From: a virus
Direction: 5' to 3' (one strand)
DNA length: 64,000 nucleotides
IMG/VR virus record: IMGVR_UViG_3300009149_000014
Span: 32,001-96,000 of that record
The position numbers and the translations under genes are program-made. Positions 1-9,519 of the stretch are shown here, piece by piece (within the stretch, counting starts at the first letter, position 1; every line of letters starts with the position of its first letter). The notes beneath the pieces are model-generated. The model searched no databases, was not told the origin of the DNA, and was given only the letters and a program-made list of their open reading frames with translations.

Positions 1-2
1 TT

Positions 3-212
3 GTGTCGGCTAGCCCGCGAACTTTTCTATTTAATATGAACATTGTCGATTTGTCATTGTGTCCTTACCAAATGAGGGCACAATACACCATCCTGAATGG
101 TATCCAAGAGGAAACTAAATTCGATCTTAACTCTGCGAGAGGCATTTTAAGCCAATATAATATGTATCCGGCTTTGCACGAGTTAGATTGGTCAGCTTCT
201 CACGAGGAATAA
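3..212 (+). CDS. C-terminal fragment of a gene starting before the window; possibly 5'-3' exonuclease/RNase H C-terminus
   Basis: Open frame from the window edge, stop abuts the next ATG (214). NMNIVDLSLCP loosely resembles the N-x-x-L-I-D-L-x-x-x-P tail of T4 RNase H-like nucleases. Confidence 0.35.
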   Translation: MSASPRTFLFNMNIVDLSLCPYQMRAQYTILNGIQEETKFDLNSARGILSQYNMYPALHELDWSASHEE

Positions 213-213
213 T

Positions 214-465
214 ATGGCAGTCCACACTGTTTATGTCAAACCAACTCTTATCGACTCGAATGGTAACATTGTCGATAAAGATGGCCCACAAACTACCATC
301 CAACAAGTAGCTCAAGCGATGGCTACTGAGATCAGAGTCATTCCTGATTCAAGTATCCCAAGTTCTTTGAATTGGCCAACCATCGAACAATATCTTCAAT
401 TAGAAGATGCTGCTGGATTCTCGCCAAGAACAGTCACCGCTACTTTAATCGTTACCGAGAACTAA
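214..465 (+). CDS. hypothetical protein (83 aa)
   Basis: GAGGA Shine-Dalgarno before ATG, tight packing between neighbours. Confidence 0.7.
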   Translation: MAVHTVYVKPTLIDSNGNIVDKDGPQTTIQQVAQAMATEIRVIPDSSIPSSLNWPTIEQYLQLEDAAGFSPRTVTATLIVTEN

Positions 466-470
466 CGTCG

Positions 471-914
471 ATGGTAAAGCACGAAGACTATATTCCACAG
501 TCAAAGCTGGCGGAGTATCGTAGAGCAAATACTCCTGTATACTGTCCATTATTGGGTCATGAAGAAATTCTACCAGTCGTAGATCACGACCACAAATCAG
601 GCAGAATTCGCGGAGTTGTGTCTTCGGAAGGTAATGCTTTAGTTGGTAAAATCGAGAATTTCCACAAATCTCGCTGTATTCACGGCAAGTGGGATCTCCC
701 AACTGTTCTTCGTGCTATCGCCGACTATCTCGAACAAGAACAAGGACCACTTCATCCTGTCGGTACTCGTCAATTAACTAAACGATTTGGACGTGCTAAA
801 AAAGACGAACAGATCGAACTGCTTTCTTCTGTCGGAGCCACAACAGAAGAAATCGACGGATGCACGAATAGCAAAGATCGAACAAATCTTTATCGTTCCA
901 AAATCGTTAAATGA
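471..914 (+). CDS. gp49: recombination endonuclease VII (T4 gp49-like Holliday junction resolvase)
   Basis: VVDHDHKSGRIRGVVSSEGNALVGKIEN matches the EndoVII DHDH..G..RG.....N...G motif; LRAIADYLE tail. Start moved to ATG 471. Confidence 0.85.
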   Translation: MVKHEDYIPQSKLAEYRRANTPVYCPLLGHEEILPVVDHDHKSGRIRGVVSSEGNALVGKIENFHKSRCIHGKWDLPTVLRAIADYLEQEQGPLHPVGTRQLTKRFGRAKKDEQIELLSSVGATTEEIDGCTNSKDRTNLYRSKIVK

Positions 915-961
915 TTTTCTCCCAAAAGATAAAGATGTCGTTCTACTAATTAGGTGATGTT

Positions 962-1246
962 ATGGCTTGTTGCGGTGGAAGTAAAAAAGCTTTAAGAGTG
1001 CAAATCGCACCCCAATCTAATCAAGGCCAAACTCTCCAGGCCCAAAAAGTAACACTTACGCCACCCTCTACTATGCGTGTCTTTGTAAATAATCAAAGAA
1101 CGGGTGAAAGAACTGTTGTTCAGGCTGTTAGAAAACCGGACAATGAACCATGTCCGCTATGCCATCACCCAATTATGATGACACGTGTTGGTGGAAGGCC
1201 CCGCAAGCAATGCACGAATTTTTCCTGTCGGCATATTATACAATAA
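962..1246 (+). CDS. small zinc-ribbon protein
   Basis: AGGTG SD; N-terminal MACCGG; C-terminal CPLC-x15-CTNFSC. Confidence 0.7.
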   Translation: MACCGGSKKALRVQIAPQSNQGQTLQAQKVTLTPPSTMRVFVNNQRTGERTVVQAVRKPDNEPCPLCHHPIMMTRVGGRPRKQCTNFSCRHIIQ

Positions 1247-2079
1247 TCTTCTTCTGTATTGCATTAGCCACAGAAGCTTTCATCGAAATCATCAAAGAAT
1301 CAGATATTAGTTTAGCTCTGATTCATGCTAAGATTATCCCAAGATACAATCAAAATCCAACCACTTTTAATTGGGTTTTGTTCAAATGGATCACATGCGG
1401 GCAATGCATGAGTGTGATCTATAGTATCCCAGGTGCTGTTTTCATGAGCACTTTGGTTCCATGGTATTATCTTCCATTTTCTTTCTTTGCATTCTTATTT
1501 GCATTACAACGTACGGCCAATTGGCTAAATACTTCATACAAATTGCTGGCCCGTGGTCGTGTCACAGCAATCGAACTAGTGTCACCATTAGTAACAATCG
1601 GATCAGAAATGGCAGAATATAATCCAGAAGCCTTATTAAGTCAAGCCAAAGAACGAGAATTTCGTCGTGGTACTGAACAAAGAGTGATTATCAATTCAGT
1701 CCAAGACATCATTCGAATGATCAAATTGCTCAAAGACAAAAAACCCGGTTCTGGGCGTGTTGTTAGTGTAAACATCGGTAAAAGTGAATTCCATGTGAAT
1801 ACTTCCACCGATCATCCACCATACATGCAGATTATTCAAGACGCATTTGTTGGGGTCAATCAAGACGAGTCGCCTGCTCCCGTTATCGAAATCAATGAAG
1901 GCGAACGGTTGGTACCATTGAACATCGGCTCCAATCATGCTATTGACGGTTTTATCACCAAGTGCACCGGTGGTGTTCGTGATGGTAATAGAATTAAATG
2001 GTCACTCTCCGAGGGTGATTATTTTTATGACCCAGTTACCGATAAACTCACAATGACTGATCGGGTTGATCATACTTGA
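1210..2079 (+). CDS. membrane protein, N-terminal DUF1360-like region plus soluble C-terminal domain
   Basis: Several hydrophobic segments and WITCGQCMSV (CxxC as in DUF1360). Start moved to ATG 1210. Confidence 0.55.
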   Translation: MHEFFLSAYYTIIFFCIALATEAFIEIIKESDISLALIHAKIIPRYNQNPTTFNWVLFKWITCGQCMSVIYSIPGAVFMSTLVPWYYLPFSFFAFLFALQRTANWLNTSYKLLARGRVTAIELVSPLVTIGSEMAEYNPEALLSQAKEREFRRGTEQRVIINSVQDIIRMIKLLKDKKPGSGRVVSVNIGKSEFHVNTSTDHPPYMQIIQDAFVGVNQDESPAPVIEINEGERLVPLNIGSNHAIDGFITKCTGGVRDGNRIKWSLSEGDYFYDPVTDKLTMTDRVDHT

Positions 2080-2098
2080 GTGAAACTCGTATTGCGTA

Positions 2099-2398
2099 AT
2101 GAATGATTTCAAACCAGCATGTCATACTTCTACGATTCTCACGTATCAACCGCTTTACGGCGATCACCTAATTTGGTCTCGTTGGTTTAGTACGTGGCAC
2201 GGATTCCTCATAGATTTCAAAAATCCAGATGATTGTACATTCGTTGTTGCGGGTTTGCCTTTATTTCTCGTGAATCAAGACGGACTGGGAAAATCGATCA
2301 AAAGAATTAGCCTCAATCAAATTCGTAATTCTAAAGGCGGCAAATTCGCCATCATAAGGCATTTAAATGAGCATAGTCTCCCAATCTGGTACGTATAA
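2099..2398 (+). CDS. hypothetical protein (99 aa)
   Basis: ATG ORF filling the gap, overlapping the next gene. Confidence 0.65.
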   Translation: MNDFKPACHTSTILTYQPLYGDHLIWSRWFSTWHGFLIDFKNPDDCTFVVAGLPLFLVNQDGLGKSIKRISLNQIRNSKGGKFAIIRHLNEHSLPIWYV

Positions 2399-2915
2399 AG
2401 CACCAGTAATCCAAGATCTTGAACCAAATTGCCCCTTGTATGGCAAAAACATCTATTTCATTAAACCATATCAGCCTGGGTTTTCCATCTTCGCTTTGCT
2501 TGGCAATGATGTCGATGTGACGTTACAATTGCTTACTTGGGACGGAGTAATCATCACCGAATTAGATGAATTACATATGAAAGCATTATCGCTGAACGAA
2601 GCATTCATTCCGGTTGCTTCAGCTTCAGGGATTAATAGGTATCAAATATTCTTTAGCTCTGATCTAATTGTCACAGATTTTGTCGAACCTCAAGGTCAAT
2701 TTGTGAGTCCGGGGATGTTGGCTCAACTCTTCGAACAATCCTTTAGCGTTCAACAAATCGTTGCTAAAGGTGTATTGGATGCCAATTCGGTAAATAATAT
2801 GCTTAATGAGCATCAGGAACTAATCCTCAAGCCCTCTGTGAAAACAGTAGTAGGCAATAATAAAACAAGGCCGTTGTATGCCAGAATATATCAATCCATG
2901 GCCACACACAGTTGA
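2367..2915 (+). CDS. hypothetical protein (182 aa)
   Basis: Long ORF coupled to both neighbours. Confidence 0.7.
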   Translation: MSIVSQSGTYKAPVIQDLEPNCPLYGKNIYFIKPYQPGFSIFALLGNDVDVTLQLLTWDGVIITELDELHMKALSLNEAFIPVASASGINRYQIFFSSDLIVTDFVEPQGQFVSPGMLAQLFEQSFSVQQIVAKGVLDANSVNNMLNEHQELILKPSVKTVVGNNKTRPLYARIYQSMATHS

Positions 2916-4935
2916 ATTAATCGGCCCAGCCGGTGAGAGAATTCGACTAAAAAGCAAATCGCGAAAACAGCTTGATGCCTATTACGATCGTTATGCTGAT
3001 CGTGGATATATCGAACGAGTGGGTGATGCTGCACCCGCTAGTCCAGAAATAGTCACTCAGAAAACAAATCACTCAATCAATATACCAGTAAACCATCTTA
3101 GACTTGGCGTTAAACCTCGTATTCAACAAACGACAACTTCCAGAACAGCACGTGCCCAACGCACCACTCCAATTAACGCTCCCCAATCAGCTCAACCACA
3201 AGCACAACAAATCCTTCCACTAGCACCCGTTACTAAATCAAGACAATACGAAAAACCAGTTACAGAAGTCCTTCCGACCGCCAAGGGGATCAGAAGACAG
3301 GCTGTGGTTCCAGACGATAGACCGCAATTACGACCAAGCATCGCTGGAGTCACCACAAAACGAGACAAAACCAAACAAATTGTTGGTCGCGTTATTTCAG
3401 GCGATGCATTACAAATTCACCAAGATAATAGTGCAAAAGCTCCATACCGGATCAGCAATGGAGTCGGAATTGGAGTATTATCCTACAATAGAGGTGCATC
3501 ACTCAATCGATTTGTCGAATCTGTCAAACGCACCTCAGATCTAAACAGATCGACTCTCTTTATTTCCGACGATGCAAGTACGGATCAATATACCCTCAAT
3601 GTCCTAGCCCAATTGGAAAAAGATCCGCGTATCGTTGTCATTAGAAATACTCAAAATATCGGTATTTCTGGTAATTCAAATCGGCTATTACGTTGTTTGT
3701 CCAGATTCGAACACATGTTCATTTGCAATGATGATGTAGAATTCACTCAACCAGGATGGGCAGAATTCTACATTAGAGGTGCTCTGGCTTCAGGATTCCA
3801 TCATTTTTGTTATCGCCAGCCCAAGATTTACAACGCTAAAATCGGTGAAGAAAAAACGTTTAAAAACATCCGCATGAACTATGTGAATGATAAACCACAT
3901 GGTGCCATGTTGTATATGTCTAATCAATGTTTCAAAACAATCGGATATTTCGACCCACAATATAAATTCTACGGAATGGAACACGTAGATTGGTCCATGA
4001 GACCAGCGGAATTCAATCTTCAACCACCTGGGTTTTATGATCTTGTCGGTTCAACAGATTATGTCAAGATTTATCCAGAGGCTACTTCTGTTGAAAACAA
4101 AACACAATTTTATAATCAAAATCGTGCCAAGTTCGAGAAACGTGAAGCCAAGAAATATGTTCATCCGTGCCCAGAATCGGAAGTACCAAAAATTTCCTAC
4201 GTCATTCCGTGTCGAGACATAGATCGATCATCAAGTATCAAATCGGTAGTGATGGGTGTTATCGGCCAATCGTTCCCAGAAATCGAAATTTGGCTGGTTG
4301 AACAAGATCTGAGTCAAAAGATCGACCGTGCTACAATGCCATCGATTAATCATCTGTTCGCAGATGGTAAAGGACGAGCTTTATTCAATAAATCATTGGC
4401 GTTTAATGCGGCTGTCCATAAATGCACAACCGATTCAGTGATTCTTCATGATGCAGATATGCTCTCTCGTGTCGATTATACAAAACGCTCTTATGATTTA
4501 CTTCAAACCCACGAATCAATCCATATTTGTGGTCGCGTGATATATCTCAACATGGAATCAACCAATCGCGTAAATCAGTGCGGGTATGTTCCCGGAGATG
4601 TTCAATTTGAAAGAATAGTCGGCTATTTTGAAGGTGGATCACTAGCAGCTAGAATATCAACATACTGGCATTTAGGCGGCTTTAATGAAGACTATTGGGG
4701 TTATGGTTGTGAAGACTGCGACTTCTACACCAGAATATCAAGTGCTTCATCTTGGCTTTGTGATACTGAATTCGATCTGATACACCTCTGGCACGGGCGT
4801 GCAGAAGGGTGGAATGATCACCATAAACAAAACAAGCAAATAGAAGAGCAATTAGGTCGTATGTCAGCATATCAACGTGTCAGACTACAACATGAACAAT
4901 TGTTCGCCTTGGGCTATGGGTCACATCTAGCATGA
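2878..4935 (+). CDS. two-domain glycosyltransferase (GT2 plus GT2/GT7 galactosyltransferase-like) with N-terminal small domain and low-complexity linker
   Basis: GVLSYNR, ISDDASTD, CNDDVEF, YGMEHVDWS (domain 1); ISYVIPCRD, FNKSLAFN, HDADM, GGFNEDYWGYGCEDCDF, HLWH (domain 2). Confidence 0.9.
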   Translation: MPEYINPWPHTVELIGPAGERIRLKSKSRKQLDAYYDRYADRGYIERVGDAAPASPEIVTQKTNHSINIPVNHLRLGVKPRIQQTTTSRTARAQRTTPINAPQSAQPQAQQILPLAPVTKSRQYEKPVTEVLPTAKGIRRQAVVPDDRPQLRPSIAGVTTKRDKTKQIVGRVISGDALQIHQDNSAKAPYRISNGVGIGVLSYNRGASLNRFVESVKRTSDLNRSTLFISDDASTDQYTLNVLAQLEKDPRIVVIRNTQNIGISGNSNRLLRCLSRFEHMFICNDDVEFTQPGWAEFYIRGALASGFHHFCYRQPKIYNAKIGEEKTFKNIRMNYVNDKPHGAMLYMSNQCFKTIGYFDPQYKFYGMEHVDWSMRPAEFNLQPPGFYDLVGSTDYVKIYPEATSVENKTQFYNQNRAKFEKREAKKYVHPCPESEVPKISYVIPCRDIDRSSSIKSVVMGVIGQSFPEIEIWLVEQDLSQKIDRATMPSINHLFADGKGRALFNKSLAFNAAVHKCTTDSVILHDADMLSRVDYTKRSYDLLQTHESIHICGRVIYLNMESTNRVNQCGYVPGDVQFERIVGYFEGGSLAARISTYWHLGGFNEDYWGYGCEDCDFYTRISSASSWLCDTEFDLIHLWHGRAEGWNDHHKQNKQIEEQLGRMSAYQRVRLQHEQLFALGYGSHLA

Positions 4936-5180
4936 TTGTTGTTGAAGCCAAACTAATTCCATTCGGTGATTTTACAGCACCAAGCACAACATTGTGCCGT
5001 CTTGAAATTATTAATGATGGCACTGGTACTTCAACTCATGGCAATTATCGTTTGCGGCTCTATTCAAAAGGTGTATCACCCCGATTGCTCAAAAAAGGCC
5101 GTATTGACAATTGGCCTAGAAAAAGTAAGGCTGCTTGGCGATTAATCGCCGAAGCATTTAAAATTATGGAATTATCATGA
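4932..5180 (+). CDS. hypothetical protein (82 aa)
   Basis: 4-nt overlaps with both neighbours; IINDGTGTSTHGNY is a motif seen in small phage proteins. Confidence 0.7.
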   Translation: MIVVEAKLIPFGDFTAPSTTLCRLEIINDGTGTSTHGNYRLRLYSKGVSPRLLKKGRIDNWPRKSKAAWRLIAEAFKIMELS

Positions 5181-6136
5181 AAAAGATACTTGTTGTTCAT
5201 CGTCCAGGCGGTGCTTTTGGTTATATTACTGACGGTTGGATCAACGCTCTGCGTGATCGTGGTCATACTGTTCAACGATGGGATGGCACACTTGACTCGT
5301 GGCGTGCTTTCCGACCTGATCTGTATATTGGATCATCAGGACATCGCCAACCTTTGCCGAAAGACCCAAATTGTGCTTTCGCCATGCACGTCAATCCATA
5401 TGGCCCAATTGATTGTGGTGGTATTAATGAACCGATCCAATCAATTGATTATATCATAGATCTTCGTCCTAATGTCGTCTTTGGTTACGGATTTGATGAA
5501 GATCGCATCTACTGGCAATATTGGCAAGAAGAAATGGGTATTCCATGGGTACCAATGCCAACTGGTGCTGATGCAACAGTATTCAAAAGTCGAGTTCCAT
5601 TGGACCAACGTTCATTAGATGCGGTTTATATTGGTGGACGTTGGGCTTATAAGGCCCAAAGCATTGATTCATACTTGATCCCAATGGTTCGTCATATTCA
5701 AGGTAACGGTCGATCGATGGAGATTTATGGTTGGGGAGATTGGCCACCTAATCAAAGCCGTGGTATAATTCCAGATGATCAAGTTACATCGACTTTCAAT
5801 AAAGCGAAAATCGGCCCTTGCATCTCTGAGCCTCATACACATCAATGGGGTTTCGATCTTCCAGAACGAGTCTGGAAAGTCGCAGCTTGTGGCTGTTTGC
5901 CAATCCACGATCCAGTGCCTACACTTCGTCAAGTGTTACCATCTTTACCAATGGCCAAAGATGCAAATGAGTATGCTCATCTTCATTTGCACTATATGAT
6001 TCATGATGATGAACGCAGACGACTCGCAACCGAATTGCATACTACCGTTATGACTGGACATACTTACCACCATCGATTGGCTCGCATGTTCACAGCCTTA
6101 AATTGGTCCGAAGATGCTCAACACATGGTCGCATAA
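5177..6136 (+). CDS. GT-B fold glycosyltransferase (CgeB / Glyco_trans_1_2-like)
   Basis: PTGADATVF, DAVYIGG, IYGWGDWP, FNKAKIG, ERVWKVAACG, HTYHHRL typical of the CgeB-like family. Confidence 0.8.
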   Translation: MKKILVVHRPGGAFGYITDGWINALRDRGHTVQRWDGTLDSWRAFRPDLYIGSSGHRQPLPKDPNCAFAMHVNPYGPIDCGGINEPIQSIDYIIDLRPNVVFGYGFDEDRIYWQYWQEEMGIPWVPMPTGADATVFKSRVPLDQRSLDAVYIGGRWAYKAQSIDSYLIPMVRHIQGNGRSMEIYGWGDWPPNQSRGIIPDDQVTSTFNKAKIGPCISEPHTHQWGFDLPERVWKVAACGCLPIHDPVPTLRQVLPSLPMAKDANEYAHLHLHYMIHDDERRRLATELHTTVMTGHTYHHRLARMFTALNWSEDAQHMVA

Positions 6137-6771
6137 TGGCCTTAGTAACTGACAAATTCATCTATGCCCACCTCCCAAAAACAGGTGGGCAATTTGTTAG
6201 ACATGTGATTGACGAGTGTGGTATCGAATATAGAGAAGAAGAATCATATCACGCTGCTCCGTCTGCTCTAGTACGGAATGGCTTCGATCTTCCGATTCTC
6301 ATCACAATCCGTCACCCTGTAACATGGTATCAATCTAGATGGCATCACCGCCTCCGTCATGGTTGGTCTGCACATCATCCTGTAGATTGGGCATGTGCTT
6401 CAAACGATTTTAATCAATTCGTTCTTAATGTGATCGACTATGATCCTAATGGTCGATTTACTTCTCTCGTTCAATTATTCCACCGTCGCAAAAAACCGGG
6501 TTCGACTGTTGATTTTGTTCTCAAGAATGAGACTTTGACCGATGAATTATACCATTGTTTAGTAGGTCTTGGATATACGATTGATCGGGATTTTTATAAT
6601 AATCTCCGCAAGATCAATGTCTCTGGCAAAAAAGGTGTTTCTTCAGCAGATGTAGCCGTTTATCGGCCTGAAGTATTAGAAAAATTGCTGGAACATGAAA
6701 AATGGGTCATTGACACATTTTATGATGGGATCACCGATCCCAATGCCCTGACAAATCAACTTGTTGTGTAG
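6136..6771 (+). CDS. sulfotransferase family protein
   Basis: N-terminal YAHLPKTGG (5'-PAPS loop) and TIRHPVTWYQSRW (3'-phosphate binding R-x7-S); TAATG coupling at 6134-6138. Confidence 0.8.
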   Translation: MALVTDKFIYAHLPKTGGQFVRHVIDECGIEYREEESYHAAPSALVRNGFDLPILITIRHPVTWYQSRWHHRLRHGWSAHHPVDWACASNDFNQFVLNVIDYDPNGRFTSLVQLFHRRKKPGSTVDFVLKNETLTDELYHCLVGLGYTIDRDFYNNLRKINVSGKKGVSSADVAVYRPEVLEKLLEHEKWVIDTFYDGITDPNALTNQLVV

Positions 6772-7498
6772 CATTGCGATCTTTCCAAGATCGATACTCC
6801 GGGCTTTCTTCTGATAAGTCATGTTCGCAGATTACTCTGCTATTCAAAACATTCATTAAACCTGACTTTATTGATTGATTACACAACCATCCATCATCGT
6901 CATTGTAAAGTCTGGTTCCTGGAAATCCACCAATCTCGTTGAAAAAGAGATTGTTGACGAGCATTAGGCATCCGGCTAGTGTTGAATTACAAAATATTCC
7001 ATTTTCTATTTTCCTCATCTCGGTCCAATTGTGCATTACGAGATTTCTCGTCTGCATTTGATGTTCCCAAGTTCGATTGTGTTGAGTTAAAGCTGGGGTC
7101 ATTACCCCAACTTGATAACCATTTTCACACAATTTATTGGCACTATTGATGAGATTCTGAATACCGTTGGGCGGAATGATGACATCAGGGTCCATGGTGA
7201 TAAACCATTGGCCTTGTGGTATCATTCCCCAATGTTCTCTAATTGAAGATGGTTTCCCGATGTTTTTGGGATTTTGGATTACTAGAACATTGGAATGCGT
7301 AGAAGCTTTCGCCAATTCTTTGTCGAGCCCGCCCTCGGAATTGTCGATGATGTAAATAGGGTGCCTAGTTGCTTTCACCAAGCTTTCTAAGCACCGTTGG
7401 AATGTTTTTGGACGGTGATAACTGGTGAGGATGATCGGGACTGGTCTATGCGTAAGTGATTTGTCCCAAGTTTCGCAAATTGTCAAGTTGACCCACAC
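6731..7498 (-). CDS. glycosyltransferase family 2
   Basis: IILTSYHR, IIDNSE, TMDPDV (DxD), GCLMLV, IGGF, YNDDDGWLC. Start uncertain (GTG 7498 or TTG; no ATG before the domain). Confidence 0.8.
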   Translation of the reverse strand: MWVNLTICETWDKSLTHRPVPIILTSYHRPKTFQRCLESLVKATRHPIYIIDNSEGGLDKELAKASTHSNVLVIQNPKNIGKPSSIREHWGMIPQGQWFITMDPDVIIPPNGIQNLINSANKLCENGYQVGVMTPALTQHNRTWEHQMQTRNLVMHNWTEMRKIENGIFCNSTLAGCLMLVNNLFFNEIGGFPGTRLYNDDDGWLCNQSIKSGLMNVLNSRVICEHDLSEESPEYRSWKDRNATQQVDLSGHWDR

Positions 7499-7673
7499 TG
7501 ATTCGCTGTAGCTCCACAGTTAGTGAACTGCCGCCGACCATTTGATAAACACCGTCTTCACTTGGACGAATGCTACTTTTTGGATTAGCTTTTGCAGCTT
7601 CGATTGAATTAACCATGATCGTAACGACTTGGTTAGTTATATTTGTGATTCGGACGACAGTTGTATTTGCCAT
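7446..7673 (-). CDS. small protein (75 aa), paralog of 19390..19638
   Basis: MANTTVVRITNITNQ...GQLDNLRNLGQI aligns by eye with VRIINVSRQ...GQTENLAQRGLL. Start moved to ATG 7673. Confidence 0.7.
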   Translation of the reverse strand: MANTTVVRITNITNQVVTIMVNSIEAAKANPKSSIRPSEDGVYQMVGGSSLTVELQRISVGQLDNLRNLGQITYA

Positions 7674-8499
7674 GATTAAACCTCGATTGACTATTGCGAG
7701 TTGTGTCTCTAACCTCGAAGCCTTTGAGGCTTGTCTGCTTGAGTCTATTTCATCTTTGCGTTCAGACCTCGAAATAAATATTCTCCCGATATACAACCCA
7801 AATAATATCTATTCCGCTTCAGTAGCCGCCAACTTGGCTATGGAAGTGTGCCGGGACAGATTTCTTCTTTATGTCCATCAAGACGTCAAGTTTCTCCCTG
7901 ATGCCGCTGAAATGATCGCCACAATCTTAAAACACTGGCCCAAAAACACAGCCGTCGTTGGAGCCGCTGGAGTCAAGGACTACGTAACAATTGATATCGC
8001 CGGTCCATGGGGACTCGGCCTTCGCAAAGACAATTTAATTGGTTCAGTTTATGATAATAATGAATTAATATGGGATGGTGATATCGGCTTTCATCCCACT
8101 CAATCAGTCGATGAAGTCTTCATGCTCCTTGACACTCATTCGGGAATCCGATTTGACCCGTCATGGCCCGGTTATCATCTCTACGGCCTGGACTTCTGTC
8201 TTCAAGCTCGTTCGGCTGCTTTCGGCGTCATGTGTGCCAACATCCCAATAGAGCATGTCGGTAGATATTCAGCTAGTTTATATCGAGACAACAATTTCAT
8301 GGGACGATTGATCGCATTGTATAAAAAATGGGGCTCACGATTTTCCCATCTTTTTGCACCTTATTGTCATTGGGATAATAATCGAATTGCTAGTTATATC
8401 CCGTTTGCTCTTAAAGATCAATTCAACCAACGTATCGACATTCCTAGACTATCGGTGACAGTATCAAATGAATTGTGTATTTCTCCACCACCAAAATAG
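7672..8499 (+). CDS. glycosyltransferase (GT2-like, Glyco_tranf_2_5 type)
   Basis: SASVAANLAM, LYVHQDV, AVVGAAG, SVDEV, FDPSWPGYHLYGLDFCLQAR. Start moved to ATG 7672. Confidence 0.8.
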   Translation: MIKPRLTIASCVSNLEAFEACLLESISSLRSDLEINILPIYNPNNIYSASVAANLAMEVCRDRFLLYVHQDVKFLPDAAEMIATILKHWPKNTAVVGAAGVKDYVTIDIAGPWGLGLRKDNLIGSVYDNNELIWDGDIGFHPTQSVDEVFMLLDTHSGIRFDPSWPGYHLYGLDFCLQARSAAFGVMCANIPIEHVGRYSASLYRDNNFMGRLIALYKKWGSRFSHLFAPYCHWDNNRIASYIPFALKDQFNQRIDIPRLSVTVSNELCISPPPK

Positions 8500-9271
8500 T
8501 GTCAAAACATTTCGTCTTAAAGACTTCCGGAGTCGTCGTATCGATGTGACACATATCAATTGTGGTCTGACTAACAGTTATAAGCCCGGCCACCGTGAAT
8601 CCGATTTCTTTCCAGGTTATGCTAGCTATAATTCAATTTTATTCGAAAGCAGTTGTATCTTAACAATATGGGAGCACATGAATGAGCTTTTTGATGATTC
8701 CCCCATTATGATCTTGCATACCGACATCACACCATTGTTTCGCGTAGCCGATACTCTCGACTATTTGGAACAATTCGATTCATTTGCTTGTGGACTCACC
8801 GTGCCGAGTTATCATGCTAATGATTACGATCAATTGGTAATTGAAGACACTGATAAATATCGATGCAGTGTCGATCCTTGGCAAGTCATGAAATTCGACG
8901 GTGTTGTGGATATCTGGGATCTAATTCGTGTGATCGATCCTGAAGCTTGGGAATTCGGCATGGACACCGATCCGATTATGATCTATTCTCACCAATTCGT
9001 TGCATCCAAGGACATTTTCAACAAGCTTGGTTACAAATTGTGCCAATTGGTCACACAATTGAAACTGGGACAATGTGGTCTTTGGACACCACATGTTTTC
9101 GAACGCATCATTGCCCTCCGTCTCGCCATGGAAACTGAACCGAGGCTCCTCGCAGCCTTTAGTCATCAGAGTTCGTCCGGACCTAAAGGAGACGGTGCTT
9201 TGACTTTATACGGCCCAAGGCCGCACAAATACTTGCGTCTCAAGTCAAGAGTATTAGATCCAATCGATTAA
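8468..9271 (+). CDS. hypothetical protein, possibly GT-A-like glycan biosynthesis enzyme
   Basis: LHTDI and PHVFERII motifs; position within the glycosyltransferase cluster. Confidence 0.5.
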   Translation: MNCVFLHHQNSVKTFRLKDFRSRRIDVTHINCGLTNSYKPGHRESDFFPGYASYNSILFESSCILTIWEHMNELFDDSPIMILHTDITPLFRVADTLDYLEQFDSFACGLTVPSYHANDYDQLVIEDTDKYRCSVDPWQVMKFDGVVDIWDLIRVIDPEAWEFGMDTDPIMIYSHQFVASKDIFNKLGYKLCQLVTQLKLGQCGLWTPHVFERIIALRLAMETEPRLLAAFSHQSSSGPKGDGALTLYGPRPHKYLRLKSRVLDPID

Positions 9272-9471
9272 GAATTGTGCAACATCGTTACGATTGCACA
9301 TAATGCCGGATCGGCTTCTTCGAAATTATCGCTTGCCACAAGCCCGGTTTCGACGTCAAGAGAATGCTCAATTATTGCTTGGTCGAAGATAGTGATACAT
9401 TCTACTTTAACAACATTCTTTAATGAGCTGCTGCTTGACAATAGATCACTCGATGCTCTTAGTTCTTCCAT
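9268..9471 (-). CDS. hypothetical protein (67 aa)
   Basis: GGAGG SD 5 nt before ATG 9471; stop shares TTAA with the convergent gene. Confidence 0.6.
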   Translation of the reverse strand: MEELRASSDLLSSSSSLKNVVKVECITIFDQAIIEHSLDVETGLVASDNFEEADPALCAIVTMLHNS

Positions 9472-9519
9472 CAGTTCCTCCAATTTATGTAGCTAATTCA
9501 CGTCGTATTGTAAGGGCAT

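Noticed and set aside
9275-9496. 73-aa plus-strand ORF
   Set aside because: Antisense to the minus-strand ORF that has a clear GGAGG SD.
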